This document shows positions 19,880 to 29,300 of a stretch of DNA of 64,000 nt, piece by piece. The translations under genes and the position numbers were made by a program. The notes under the pieces were generated by a model. The model had not been told where the DNA came from and did not search any database. It saw only the letters and a program-made list of their open reading frames with translations. Source of the stretch: Vulcanimicrobiota bacterium. Lineage in GTDB: Bacteria > Vulcanimicrobiota > Vulcanimicrobiia > Vulcanimicrobiales > Vulcanimicrobiaceae. The stretch spans positions 960,001 to 1,024,000 of the forward strand of contig OY970223.1 in the NCBI GenBank assembly GCA_963714015.1, given 5' to 3'. Position 1 is the first letter of the stretch; the number at the start of each line of letters is the position of its first letter.

Positions 19880-20728
19880 CTAAGACGCGATATCGAGGCC
19901 CAAATCCAGCGCCGGTGCGCTGTGCGTGAGCCACCCGGACGAGATGAGGTCGACGCCTGTTTGCGCTATCTCGGCGACGCGCTCGGGAGTAATCGTTCCC
20001 GAGGCCTCAGTGATCAATCGGCCGCCGACGAGCTTGACGGCCGTCTCAAGCTCGCGAACGGACATATTGTCGAGCAGAACGGCATCGATCGGCAGAGCCA
20101 GCGCCTCCGTGAGTTGATCGAGCGTGTCCACCTCAACTTCAATCTTTACCATATGTCCGACCGATTGGCGGACCGCCGCGACCGCTGCATGCATCGAACC
20201 CGCCAGCGCCAGATGATTGTCTTTGACGAGCACCGCATCGTCCAAGCCGAAACGGTGATTGCTTCCGCCGCCGCACCGCAGGGCATATTTTTCCAGTACC
20301 CGCAGCCCGGGCGTGGTCTTGCGCGTACAGACGATGTGCGCTTTCGTGCCGGCCGCCAGATCCACTAAAGTACGCGTCGCCGTAGCAATACCGCTCAGGC
20401 GCGAGGCAATGTTCAGCGCGGTGCGTTCTCCCGTGAGCAAGGCGCGCGCTCTACAGTCAATCGTCGCAATGGTCTGTCCGGCATTCACGCGCTCGCCGTC
20501 TCGTACGGCGATTCGCGCGCAAGCATCCGGATCCAGAAGCCGGAACGCGAGCAGCGCGGCATCTATGCCTGCGAGAGTACCGGGTTTGCGTGCGACGATG
20601 CTCCCTCGTGCGTTCAGATCTTCGGGGACGATGGCGTCGGTCGTCAGATCGCCGCCATGTGAGAGATCCTCGAGCAGAGCGGCGCGAACGATCGGTTCGG
20701 CCAGCAAGCGGCGGGGCGAGCTACGCAA
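19880..20728 (-). CDS. nadC: Nicotinate-nucleotide diphosphorylase (quinolinate phosphoribosyltransferase)
   Basis: ALLED..GDLTT, ERTALN, TRKTTPGLR, HRFGLDDAVLVKDNH, EVEVD, LLDN, EASG. Start codon uncertain. Confidence 0.93.
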   Translation of the reverse strand: MRSSPRRLLAEPIVRAALLEDLSHGGDLTTDAIVPEDLNARGSIVARKPGTLAGIDAALLAFRLLDPDACARIAVRDGERVNAGQTIATIDCRARALLTGERTALNIASRLSGIATATRTLVDLAAGTKAHIVCTRKTTPGLRVLEKYALRCGGGSNHRFGLDDAVLVKDNHLALAGSMHAAVAAVRQSVGHMVKIEVEVDTLDQLTEALALPIDAVLLDNMSVRELETAVKLVGGRLITEASGTITPERVAEIAQTGVDLISSGWLTHSAPALDLGLDIAS

Positions 20729-20733
20729 CGGCG

Positions 20734-21751
20734 CTACGCACTGAGTTCCAGCATACGATCGACCGCAGCGCGCGCGCGCTGTGCAATCGCGGGATCGACG
20801 GTAACCTCGTACTCCATGGCTTGGAGGGAATGCAGCACCTTGGGAAGCGTGTTGCGCTTCATGTGCGGACAAAGGTTACACGGCCGAATGAATTCGACTC
20901 TCGGAAAATTGGCAGACACGTTACTCGCCATCGAGCATTCGGTGATCATGACCACGCGCGGCGCGACCGCCTTTTGGTCGATTCCGGCGACGTAATCGAT
21001 CATTCCCTGCGTCGAACCGACGTAGTCCGCCTCGGCGAGCACGTCCGGCGGACACTCGGGGTGCGCCAGAATCTTCAGCGCCGGATCTTCTTCGCGATAT
21101 GCGCGCAGTCTGAGCGCCGGTAAAGCGCTCGTGCACCTCACAGTGGCCCTTCCACGCAACGATTTCTACCGTCGTTTGCGATGCGACGTACTTTGCCAGA
21201 TACTCGTCCGGCAGAAAGATGACGCGTTCGGCGCCGAGCGAGTTCACGACTTTGACGGCATTGCCGCTGGTGACGCAAACGTCCGATTCAGCCTTTACCT
21301 CGGCCGACGTATTGACGTAGGTCACGACGGGACTACCGGGATAGCGTTCGCGCATGAGGCGGACGTCTGAAGCCGCGATCGATTCGGCGAGCGAACATCC
21401 CGCGCGCAGATCCGGGACGAGCACTGTTTTTTCGGGATTCACGAGCTTCGCCGTCTCGGCCATGAAATGGACGCCGCAGACCACAATTACGTCGGCATTC
21501 GTGCGTGAGGCTTCCATCGCCAAACCTAGCGAATCACCCACGATATCCGCGACCGTGTGAAAGATTTCCGGCACTTGGTAGTTGTGCGCCAGGATCACGG
21601 CGTTGCGCTCGCGTTTCAATTGATTGATCGCGGCGACGTAGGGCGCGTGCACCGGCCACTCCACCTCGGGGATGATGTGGGCGACGCGCTCGAAAATGGG
21701 CCGGGTTTCACGCTCGATTGCAGAGGTGTACGGCAGTTCTATAACGCTCAT
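20734..21751 (-). CDS. nadA: Quinolinate synthase (1 apparent frameshift ~21110)
   Basis: [35 protein letters not shown], then AHPEC, GST, CPHMK in ORF 20734..21159. Confidence 0.92.
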
Positions 21752-21900
21752 GCGGCAGTTTCACGGTTGCGGCAAGAGGGCTTAGGAACCTCCCCCGAAG
21801 TACGGGGATTCATGCGCCTGCTCCGCATCCTTACATAAACTATGACCCAATGCGCGCGCCGACGTTTTCAATCGGACGTTCCGGGCCGGGCGGTCGAGCG

Positions 21901-23634
21901 GTGAGCCGTCTTAATGCCCGGGTCATCCTAGTGCTCGCTACGGCCGCCGTAATACTGCTGTTTTACGTGCCGCTCGGACACACCGACTTCGCGAACCGCT
22001 GGGGTGACGGAACGTTCGGCATCCATCTTCCGCCCGCCGGCGGCACGACCGTAAGTTCCGTCGATCCCGGTTCACCGGCGTGGAAGGCCGGATTGCGCCC
22101 TGGTGATACAGTGGTCGAGTCTTGGGAGGCCTTATCGGAGCTGAGCTTTCCCCGCGCCGGGGACCGGGCGGCCATGACGTTTTTGGACCCAAGCGACAGG
22201 CGTCACGCGGTGACCATGCGCGCGGTCTCCGTCGCAAACTTCGGCGCGATCCAGCGCATCTTGGGGATTCTGGCTATCGTTCCCGCGACGATCTTCTTGG
22301 CGATCGCGTTCGCGCTCGTTTATCTGCGTCCGGGGATCATGACGTGGTCGTTCTATCTGTTTGCCATCGGGTACTATTCAACCGGTCCGGTGGCGATGTA
22401 CTACTGGCGCGTAGCCCCGCATCCGGTCTACTTCGCAATTGCCTTCATCATCGGGACGCTCTTCGGCAGTTTTTCCGTGATGCCGCTGTTGCCGTTCGTG
22501 CTGCGTTTCCCAGGCGGCGATTTGCGGGGCTGGCGCAAGAAGGCCGATGGGTACGTGTGGGCATTTCTCGCCTGCAGTTTCGGCGCGTATGTCTACGAAT
22601 GGCTGTATCTGCGAATGCGAGGCGTACCTTGGCAATGGGCGCCAATCTTGGATACGTGGCTGCCGCTATTAACGTTTGCGATCGCGGCCGCAATCGTGCT
22701 GAAGAATTACCGTGTCGCCGGCCCGGAAATCCGGCAGCGCACCGGATTCCTTATCGGCGGAGTGATGGTTTCGTTCGTTGCGTACGCTGTGTATTTCGTT
22801 CCGGGAGTACCTTCGGCGGCCGCGCAGATCATCGGTTATTTAGTCGTGCTAATGCCTATCAGTGTCGCATATGCGGCGCTGCGCCATCGTGTTATCGACG
22901 TCAACTTCGTACTCAATCGCGCGATCGCATATACGCTGCTTTCGATCGCCGTCCTGATTGCCGTCTCCCTGCTGGATTGGGCGTCGGGACAAATCGTCTC
23001 GCGCATTCATTTCGCAACCGCAATCGAGATTGCCGTGACGATCGGCGTCGGCTTTTTGCTGAGCCGCGTGAATACGATTTTCGAGAGCTGGGTGGACGTA
23101 CTGCTCTTTCGCCGCCGGCACGAAGCCGAACGGTATTTGCGGCGCGCCGCTGCGGCATTGCCCTATTCGACCAGCGAGGAAGCGATTGCGGACGGCCTCG
23201 TGCACGAACCCGTCGACGCTCTCGAACTGACCGCCGCTGCGCTCTATCGCCAATCTCAAAACGGACGCCGGTTCGAGGGTGTCGGCACGTCGTCCGAAAC
23301 CGCCGTTGCCCCGATGGGCTTCGAAGGCGATCATCCGCTGGTGCGATTTCTCAAGGCGGATGAAGACGTTGTCTGGCTAAGCGACGTGCGAGCTCATCTC
23401 GATGCCGAGAACAGCGCGCTGTACGTGATTGCAATTCCGATCTCCGTACGGCACGAAATCGTTTCGTTCGTGCTCTACGGCGCGCACAAGAACGGGGCGC
23501 AGATCGATCCGGACGAGGTCGGACTGCTCAAAGATCTCGCTCGCGAGGCGGCTCGCGCGTACGACCACGTGGAAGCGGTACGCACGCGCGAACTGCTGGC
23601 GAACCTTAAGGCAGAGCCTGCAAGAACGCCGTGA
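21901..23634 (+). CDS. Membrane sensor-like protein: PDZ-like domain, ~8 TM helices, C-terminal GAF-like domain
   Basis: VSSVDPGSPAWKAGLRPGD (PDZ); YAALRHRVIDVNFVLNRA (last-TM linker typical of sensor proteins); IAIPISVRHEIVSFVLYG..DPDEVGLLKDLAREAARAY (GAF end). Start 21850 or 21901. Confidence 0.7.
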   Translation: MSRLNARVILVLATAAVILLFYVPLGHTDFANRWGDGTFGIHLPPAGGTTVSSVDPGSPAWKAGLRPGDTVVESWEALSELSFPRAGDRAAMTFLDPSDRRHAVTMRAVSVANFGAIQRILGILAIVPATIFLAIAFALVYLRPGIMTWSFYLFAIGYYSTGPVAMYYWRVAPHPVYFAIAFIIGTLFGSFSVMPLLPFVLRFPGGDLRGWRKKADGYVWAFLACSFGAYVYEWLYLRMRGVPWQWAPILDTWLPLLTFAIAAAIVLKNYRVAGPEIRQRTGFLIGGVMVSFVAYAVYFVPGVPSAAAQIIGYLVVLMPISVAYAALRHRVIDVNFVLNRAIAYTLLSIAVLIAVSLLDWASGQIVSRIHFATAIEIAVTIGVGFLLSRVNTIFESWVDVLLFRRRHEAERYLRRAAAALPYSTSEEAIADGLVHEPVDALELTAAALYRQSQNGRRFEGVGTSSETAVAPMGFEGDHPLVRFLKADEDVVWLSDVRAHLDAENSALYVIAIPISVRHEIVSFVLYGAHKNGAQIDPDEVGLLKDLAREAARAYDHVEAVRTRELLANLKAEPARTP

Positions 23635-24532
23635 TATCGGCGTCCAAGCGCTGCGGCTGATCGTACATTTCAAAATGACGAGAGGGTGCGACCATCTCCA
23701 CCTTCGCCGTCGGATCGTCCGCCAACAGCGAAGCGTAGTAGCTCTGCTTTGCGGCAGCGCTTGGAAACATCCGCGCATCGATCGTGCTGTCGTACGGGGC
23801 GATTTCCAGCACAGGAATACGGATGTTCTTCAGTCCTGCACGATTGTCGGCGCTCACGTCCGCAGCCATCCATGCTCCTGACGCTTGAGGATCGCTCCGC
23901 GCGACGAGCGGCGCGACCGCGTCGACGTCGACCGGCGAGGTGAGATAATTGGACAAGACGTATGACTTCTCGATCGCCTCGAACTGCGCGGGTGATGAGA
24001 TCTTGCCGAACATGGCGCTGAAGTTTGCTCCGATTTGCGCGCGCTGCTGCGGCGTCATTTTATCGAGCCCCGGAAATACCGGCAGCCCGTCTACCGCAAT
24101 CGCTCCGCGTAACTGTTCGGAATGCTGTTCAGCGAGCAGTATTGCAAGCGTGCCGCCCAGGCTATGGCCGATAACTACCGGACGCTGCACCTTGTGTGTG
24201 CTCAGCATCGACCAAAAATCGGACGTAACCGTCTGGAACAGCGGCGTCGTAATCGGCGGGCGGCCGTCGAAACCCGGCAGCGTAAGCGCGTAAATTTCGT
24301 AGCTCGGGGAGTAGCGCGCAATTTCGCCTGACCACTCCCACGGCCCGCACGTCAGCCCCGGTATGAAGACTAGTGCCGGCTTTCCCGGCGTTCCGTAGAC
24401 GTCGACGTGCAGCGATCCGGAATCGAACGAGCTGTTGGCTTTGGGTAAAGGGGGCGGTACTGAGGCGTTTGCGGGGGCGCTCAACCAGAGCGCGGTGGTG
24501 GCGAGCACGGCTGCAGCAAGAAGACGATTCAT
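23606..24532 (-). CDS. Secreted alpha/beta hydrolase
   Basis: Signal peptide MNRLLAAAVL..ANA, FIPGL, GHSLGG nucleophile elbow, SRHFEMYDQP. Confidence 0.88.
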   Translation of the reverse strand: MNRLLAAAVLATTALWLSAPANASVPPPLPKANSSFDSGSLHVDVYGTPGKPALVFIPGLTCGPWEWSGEIARYSPSYEIYALTLPGFDGRPPITTPLFQTVTSDFWSMLSTHKVQRPVVIGHSLGGTLAILLAEQHSEQLRGAIAVDGLPVFPGLDKMTPQQRAQIGANFSAMFGKISSPAQFEAIEKSYVLSNYLTSPVDVDAVAPLVARSDPQASGAWMAADVSADNRAGLKNIRIPVLEIAPYDSTIDARMFPSAAAKQSYYASLLADDPTAKVEMVAPSRHFEMYDQPQRLDADITAFLQALP

Positions 24533-24534
24533 TT

Positions 24535-24738
24535 TTATTCCTCCAGAGAATTGGGGTCGAAGATTTCCTCGACGTGTTTTTCGAACAACTTCGAAATTTT
24601 GAAAGCCAGCGGTAAGCTGGGCGCGTATTTGCCGGTCTCCAAAGCGTTGACTGTTTGACGCGCAATGCCGAGCCGGTCCGCAACCTCGGCTTGAGACCAC
24701 TCTCGTTCGGCACGCAGCACGCGAATGCGGTTTTTCAT
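24535..24738 (-). CDS. XRE/Cro-type HTH regulator
   Basis: MKNRIRVLRAEREWSQAEVADRLGIARQTVNALETGKYAPSLPLAFKI; ATGA overlap with the upstream gene. Confidence 0.92.
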   Translation of the reverse strand: MKNRIRVLRAEREWSQAEVADRLGIARQTVNALETGKYAPSLPLAFKISKLFEKHVEEIFDPNSLEE

Positions 24739-25136
24739 CCTTTGTACCTGCGGGCGACGAAGGGCGAAGCCGCTCCCCATGCGAGCATCACGACGCCGTA
24801 CGTGTACCACGCGCTGGGATGCGGAAAATGAGCGACTTCCAGAAATCCGTACGTCACCGAAAGCAGCGCAGTAACGCCTGCCGCTGCCGCGAGAGCCTCG
24901 ATGTGAATCTGCCGCTCGAGTTCGTCGATGCCGCGAATCATCGCCACGGCGGAAACCAAGACCGCGATAATCGGAAGCAGCGGGGTGAGCGCCAGCACGA
25001 TTCGCAGAGCGCCCGAGGCGTGACCCGCGGCGTTCGTAACCGGAATCACAATCGCCAGGTACGCCGCCATGGCAATCCAAAAGCGGACCTGGTATTGACG
25101 CTTGGCGCGATCGGTCGGATTGTTGACGGCGCTCAT
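24735..25136 (-). CDS. Small 4-TM membrane protein
   Basis: DELERQIHIEALA..TYGFLE; tandem paralog of 25138..25536. Confidence 0.8.
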   Translation of the reverse strand: MSAVNNPTDRAKRQYQVRFWIAMAAYLAIVIPVTNAAGHASGALRIVLALTPLLPIIAVLVSAVAMIRGIDELERQIHIEALAAAAGVTALLSVTYGFLEVAHFPHPSAWYTYGVVMLAWGAASPFVARRYKG

Positions 25137-25137
25137 T

Positions 25138-25536
25138 TCAGCCGTAGCGTTTTTTGACGAACGGAACTGCGAGTGCCCAGCCGAGGACGAGGCTGTCGAA
25201 AGCCCACCAGGCTTCTGAATGCGGCAATCCGACGCCCTCGAGAAACGTGTACGTGACGGCCAGCCCGCACGTGATTCCGGCGGAGATCGCGAACGCCTCG
25301 AGGTGAATTTGCCGCTGCAGCTCGTCCACGCTTTGAACGAAGCGGAAGATCGCCCAGAGCCAGACGACCGTCGGTATCGCCGGCGTCACGGCGATGAGGT
25401 CTCGAAGAACGTGTGAGAACTGATGTGTTTTCAGCAGCTCGACGCTCGCGACGAGCACGGCGACATACACTATTCCCGCGACGATCATTTGGAGCAAATG
25501 TCGTTTCTTGATTTCCGGTTCGGTATCATCGATCAT
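25138..25536 (-). CDS. Small 4-TM membrane protein (paralog)
   Basis: DELQRQIHLEAFA..TYTFLE; ATG 25536 (GTG 25590 is an alternative start). Confidence 0.78.
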   Translation of the reverse strand: MIDDTEPEIKKRHLLQMIVAGIVYVAVLVASVELLKTHQFSHVLRDLIAVTPAIPTVVWLWAIFRFVQSVDELQRQIHLEAFAISAGITCGLAVTYTFLEGVGLPHSEAWWAFDSLVLGWALAVPFVKKRYG

Positions 25537-25607
25537 CGGCAGCGCCTCGGCACGCCGGGACGGTACACCAGGTTCCCGAGGCACGTCCACTTATCTGTCG
25601 TTCCCAT
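25533..25607 (-). CDS. Putative 24-aa leaderless upstream peptide MGTTDKWTCLGNLVYRPGVPRRCR
   Basis: ATG lies 7 nt after the -10 box; its TGA overlaps the ATG of the next gene (ATGA). Confidence 0.4.
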   Translation of the reverse strand: MGTTDKWTCLGNLVYRPGVPRRCR

Positions 25608-25614
25608 GCGACAT

Positions 25615-25643
25615 AATGTAACTTACACCGTACATTTTGTCAA
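25615..25643 (-). promoter_or_regulatory. Sigma70 promoter with overlapping inverted-repeat operator
   Basis: TTGACA (25643-25638), 17 bp spacer, TACATT (25620-25615). Inverted repeat AATGTA-N10-TACATT at 25615-25636. Confidence 0.7.
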
Positions 25644-25697
25644 CAAAAACCGACAAAACGCTCGCTTTACATCCTCTAGGGGCAATCGGCGGGCTAT

Positions 25698-26099
25698 TCA
25701 ACCCTCCACGCGCTTTAGCTGAAGACTGGTCTGGCCCGAACTGAAGGGGGGCCCCGTTGGAGCGGAGCCTAGGATTACCAGCACCTGTAAGTCCTGCGGA
25801 CTGGCGTCGACTTCGATCGCATTGTTTTCTATTTGTACGAAGGTTCTCAACGAGCAGTAAGTCCCGCGCCCGGTCCGGCGAATCGGTTGGGGAGGTCCAG
25901 CCCAGTGACTGGGTATTGTCTTTCCCGGCGCGTAGAGTATGCCGAGAGGGTTACTCGGAAACGTTCCGGTTTGCACTAGTCTTCGATCTGAAGTGCCGGT
26001 TGAAGTGACCCAGCGATATGCAGATGCTGCTTCCGTCTGTGTAGGACTCAGGTGTAGCCCGATACATCGCGCATAACAACCCCTAACATTAACTAACAT
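25698..26099 (-). CDS. Hypothetical ORF with atypical composition
   Basis: Only long ORF in a visibly AT-richer gap; no motif recognised. Confidence 0.3.
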   Translation of the reverse strand: MLVNVRGCYARCIGLHLSPTQTEAASAYRWVTSTGTSDRRLVQTGTFPSNPLGILYAPGKTIPSHWAGPPQPIRRTGRGTYCSLRTFVQIENNAIEVDASPQDLQVLVILGSAPTGPPFSSGQTSLQLKRVEG

Positions 26100-26146
26100 C
26101 GTGCCGGCGCACCGCGTGATAGAATGAATGGTGGAAGGAGGCCGCC

Positions 26147-26278
26147 ATGACATCCGTTATCGCGGCAATCATCGTTTCGCCGCGCGCCGGCGGCCTTTTC
26201 GGATGGGTCGCCGCGGTGGTCATCGTCTCGATGGCCGTACTGGCAGTCCGCTGTTTCACGACCCCGTCTCCCAAATAA
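26147..26278 (+). CDS. 43-aa small membrane protein MTSVIAAIIVSPRAGGLFGWVAAVVIVSMAVLAVRCFTTPSPK
   Basis: Strong GAAGGAGG RBS, TGaTAGAAT extended -10 upstream, one hydrophobic helix. Below the ORF-track cutoff. Confidence 0.6.
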   Translation: MTSVIAAIIVSPRAGGLFGWVAAVVIVSMAVLAVRCFTTPSPK

Positions 26279-26384
26279 TCTTCCGGCGGGCGGCGCCAAG
26301 ACTTCTGTACTCCCCGGCGAAGGGTTAGAGTCGGCTTTTCGGGACTCGGCTTCACTCGTCGCATCTGCGTGGAGGCATGGTGAA

Positions 26385-29300
26385 ATGAGCGTTCGCAGCA
26401 CCTGGGCGTCCCTTCTCGGTCTTTTCGTCTTCGCCGCAGCGGTATTACTCGTATGCGGTGCGCTGACGGCTCCGGCTCTGGCGGCCGGCGGCATTCAAGG
26501 CAATCTCAACGGCACGGTAATTGACGCCGGCACGCGCGCGCCGCTTGCGGACGTGCGCGTCAGTGCGCAGTCTCCGTCCGGTCAATTCTTTGCCACAACG
26601 GATTCCGGCGGTCATTTTTCAATGCTCGGACTGCCGGCAGATACGTACGTCGTCTCGTTCACCAAATCGGGTTACGACTCGATCTCGCAGCCCGGCGTGG
26701 CCGTGTTCGGTGATGAAACGGATACTGTCGGCACGATCCGGATGAGCAAGTCGCTGAAGACGATTACGCACGTCAATGCGCGCGCGCGAAGCGGAGCTTT
26801 TCAGCCCGCGCAGACGCAAGACGTGACCACGATCAGCGGTCAGCGCATCACGCAGGCACTCGGAAACGCGACCAATCAGCACGAGCAGCAACTCATCCTG
26901 GCGGCGCCGGGCGCTATTTCGGACGCGCAAGGCAATGTAACGATCCGCGGCTCGCTCAACGTCGAGCTTGGGTACCAGTACGACGGCGTCAACTTCACCG
27001 TGCCGTTCTTCGACGGCAACGGATCGAGTAATTATCTGAGCAACATCTCCGGCGGTTCCGGCGGTTCGCTGCAGGTGGTCTCGGGTTCCGGCGATGCTAC
27101 GCAAGGGAACATCGGCGCGGGCGTCATCAACATCGTCCCGCCGCGCGGAACCTATCCGGCCTCGGGTTTGCTTTCCGGGCAGGTCGACGAGCCGTTCTAC
27201 GATCATCAATTCGACGTCGATTACGGCTGGGCAACGCCGAACAATCGCTTGAGCGACTACTTCAGCTATGACGGCACGCGTTCGGTCCCGCAGTACGCGC
27301 CGTTCGGTGTCGACGCTGCAACCATTGCTCAGTACTACGGCACGTCGTATATCAAGCACGACGACATCGTGAACAACCTGGTGTACCGCTTCGGCCATCA
27401 GAACGACATGTCGATCCAGTGGCTCTTCCGCAACGAGTGGAATAACGAGTGGGGCAACTACGGCGGCTTGCAAAACGCGGCCTACTATCCATACAATCCG
27501 CTGGGATACTCCCCCTGGAATCAGATATTCCCTAACGGCCTCGCGCAACTGAACTCCGAGACGGTGCTCATGCCGGGCGTGCCGTCCAGCAACATAACGC
27601 CGACGGGCCCCGAGGAGACGCTGTATCAGCCTCTGGCCTTCAACAAAGTCGGCTTTACGTGGAATCTGAACTCGTCGACGTTCCTCTCGCTCAGCTATGC
27701 GAACTTCTATCAGCAGAGCGGAAGCACCAACTATATTCAGGGGAACGATAGTCCCGGCGTTCAAGAAGTCGGCGGCCAACGGTTGTCCGACGAATTCGAT
27801 CTGACCCATCAGTTCGGCACCGCGCATACGACCACGCTCGCAATTCGCTATCAGAACGACTTGCCGCGTTGGTGGACGACCTCTCCGTACGGGCTTCTGT
27901 GTCCGCTTTCCGGATTCTGCAGCGGCGAGAACACCGGACTTGCGTATGCCCCCGATATTTCGGACTTTTATCTACCGGCGAACTCCGCATTGATCGGACA
28001 GCAAATTAGCGCTGCGAATCCCTGTCAAACGGATCCGCTGACGGGCAATCCGGGCTCGTGCTACGTCTACGACTGGCTGGTGACCAACGGCAAATGGACG
28101 GGGTCTCTTCCGCTGATTCCGACCGAAGGCATCGATTATCACCACGCGATGTTCCATGAAGCGGGCATCGGCTTGCGCGATCAGTGGGTTGTAAGTTCGC
28201 GATTGCATCTGGACTACGGTCTGCGATTGGACGCGGATAATATGGACTGGGGAGTGAATCCGTGGGGTGGTCCAACCGCGCTGGAAGCAGCCGCAAATCC
28301 GTCGGACATCGCACCGGCGCAGTGGAGCGACACGTTCAACCGCCCGCGCATTTTGCAACCGCGGTTCGCCGCGAGTTATCAACTCGGCGCCGATGACTCA
28401 CTTCGATTCTCCTACGGCCGTTCCGTCGAGTTCTTCTTTGCGCAAACGGCCGGAACGCCGTTGGACATGACCGCCGTAAACCCGATTCTTTTGCAGATCC
28501 CATCCAAAGACAGCCCGGCGGGCGGGGCGCTGCTCGGACTTTCGCCATCGAGTTTGGCGCCAACGTGTGGAAGCGGAACGAATCCGACGCATCCTCAGCC
28601 GGGCGGCGGCGTTGGATATTTCTGGTTCTGTTCCAACTATGCGCAGCAATTGTTCTGGAACGCCGATCAGTGCTGCGACGCGCCGGACATCGGTGGTTAC
28701 GGTCCGCCCACGTACAACAACTGGGACCTCGCATGGGGCCATCAGTTTACGCGCGGAGTGATGAGCGGCTTCGGAATGAAACTCACGGCTTTCGCGCGGC
28801 GCGGTTACGACGTCGAACAAAATACCTTGCTCGCCAACGGCGTACCGAATCCCGTAACTGGACAAACCTCGGCTTCGATCTTCGCCACCCGCGCCAACGG
28901 CGTCGAGAAGACGTCGGGGCTGGAGTTCATGCTTACCGCACCGGATCGTCCGACCGGTTTGAGCGGATTCCTGACGATGAACTACATCTCCGAGTTTTCC
29001 TCGACTCCGCCCGTCGACTCGGGTAACTACGGCGATGACGCGCTGCCTATTCTGTACCAGTTCGAATTCAATTCGGGAGAGCTGTATCGCAGCAGCTTCC
29101 TCCCGCCGTTCCAGGGCCGGCTCGGCATCACGTACCAAACGTCGAACGGCTGGCGGATCAATCCCATCTTTGCGTTCGACGGCGGCTTTCCGACCGGAGT
29201 CGGATCGCAAACCTACGGCGCCGTCAACGGCCAGTATATCTGGATGCCCGAAACGAATTGGGGCGCCGCAACGCCGCTGGGCGGCCCGAACGGACCGCAC

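Noticed and set aside
21090..21130. Programmed frameshift in nadA (likewise in the S10 peptidases)
   Set aside because: No slippery heptamer seen, and similar single indels occur in unrelated genes; assembly error is simpler.
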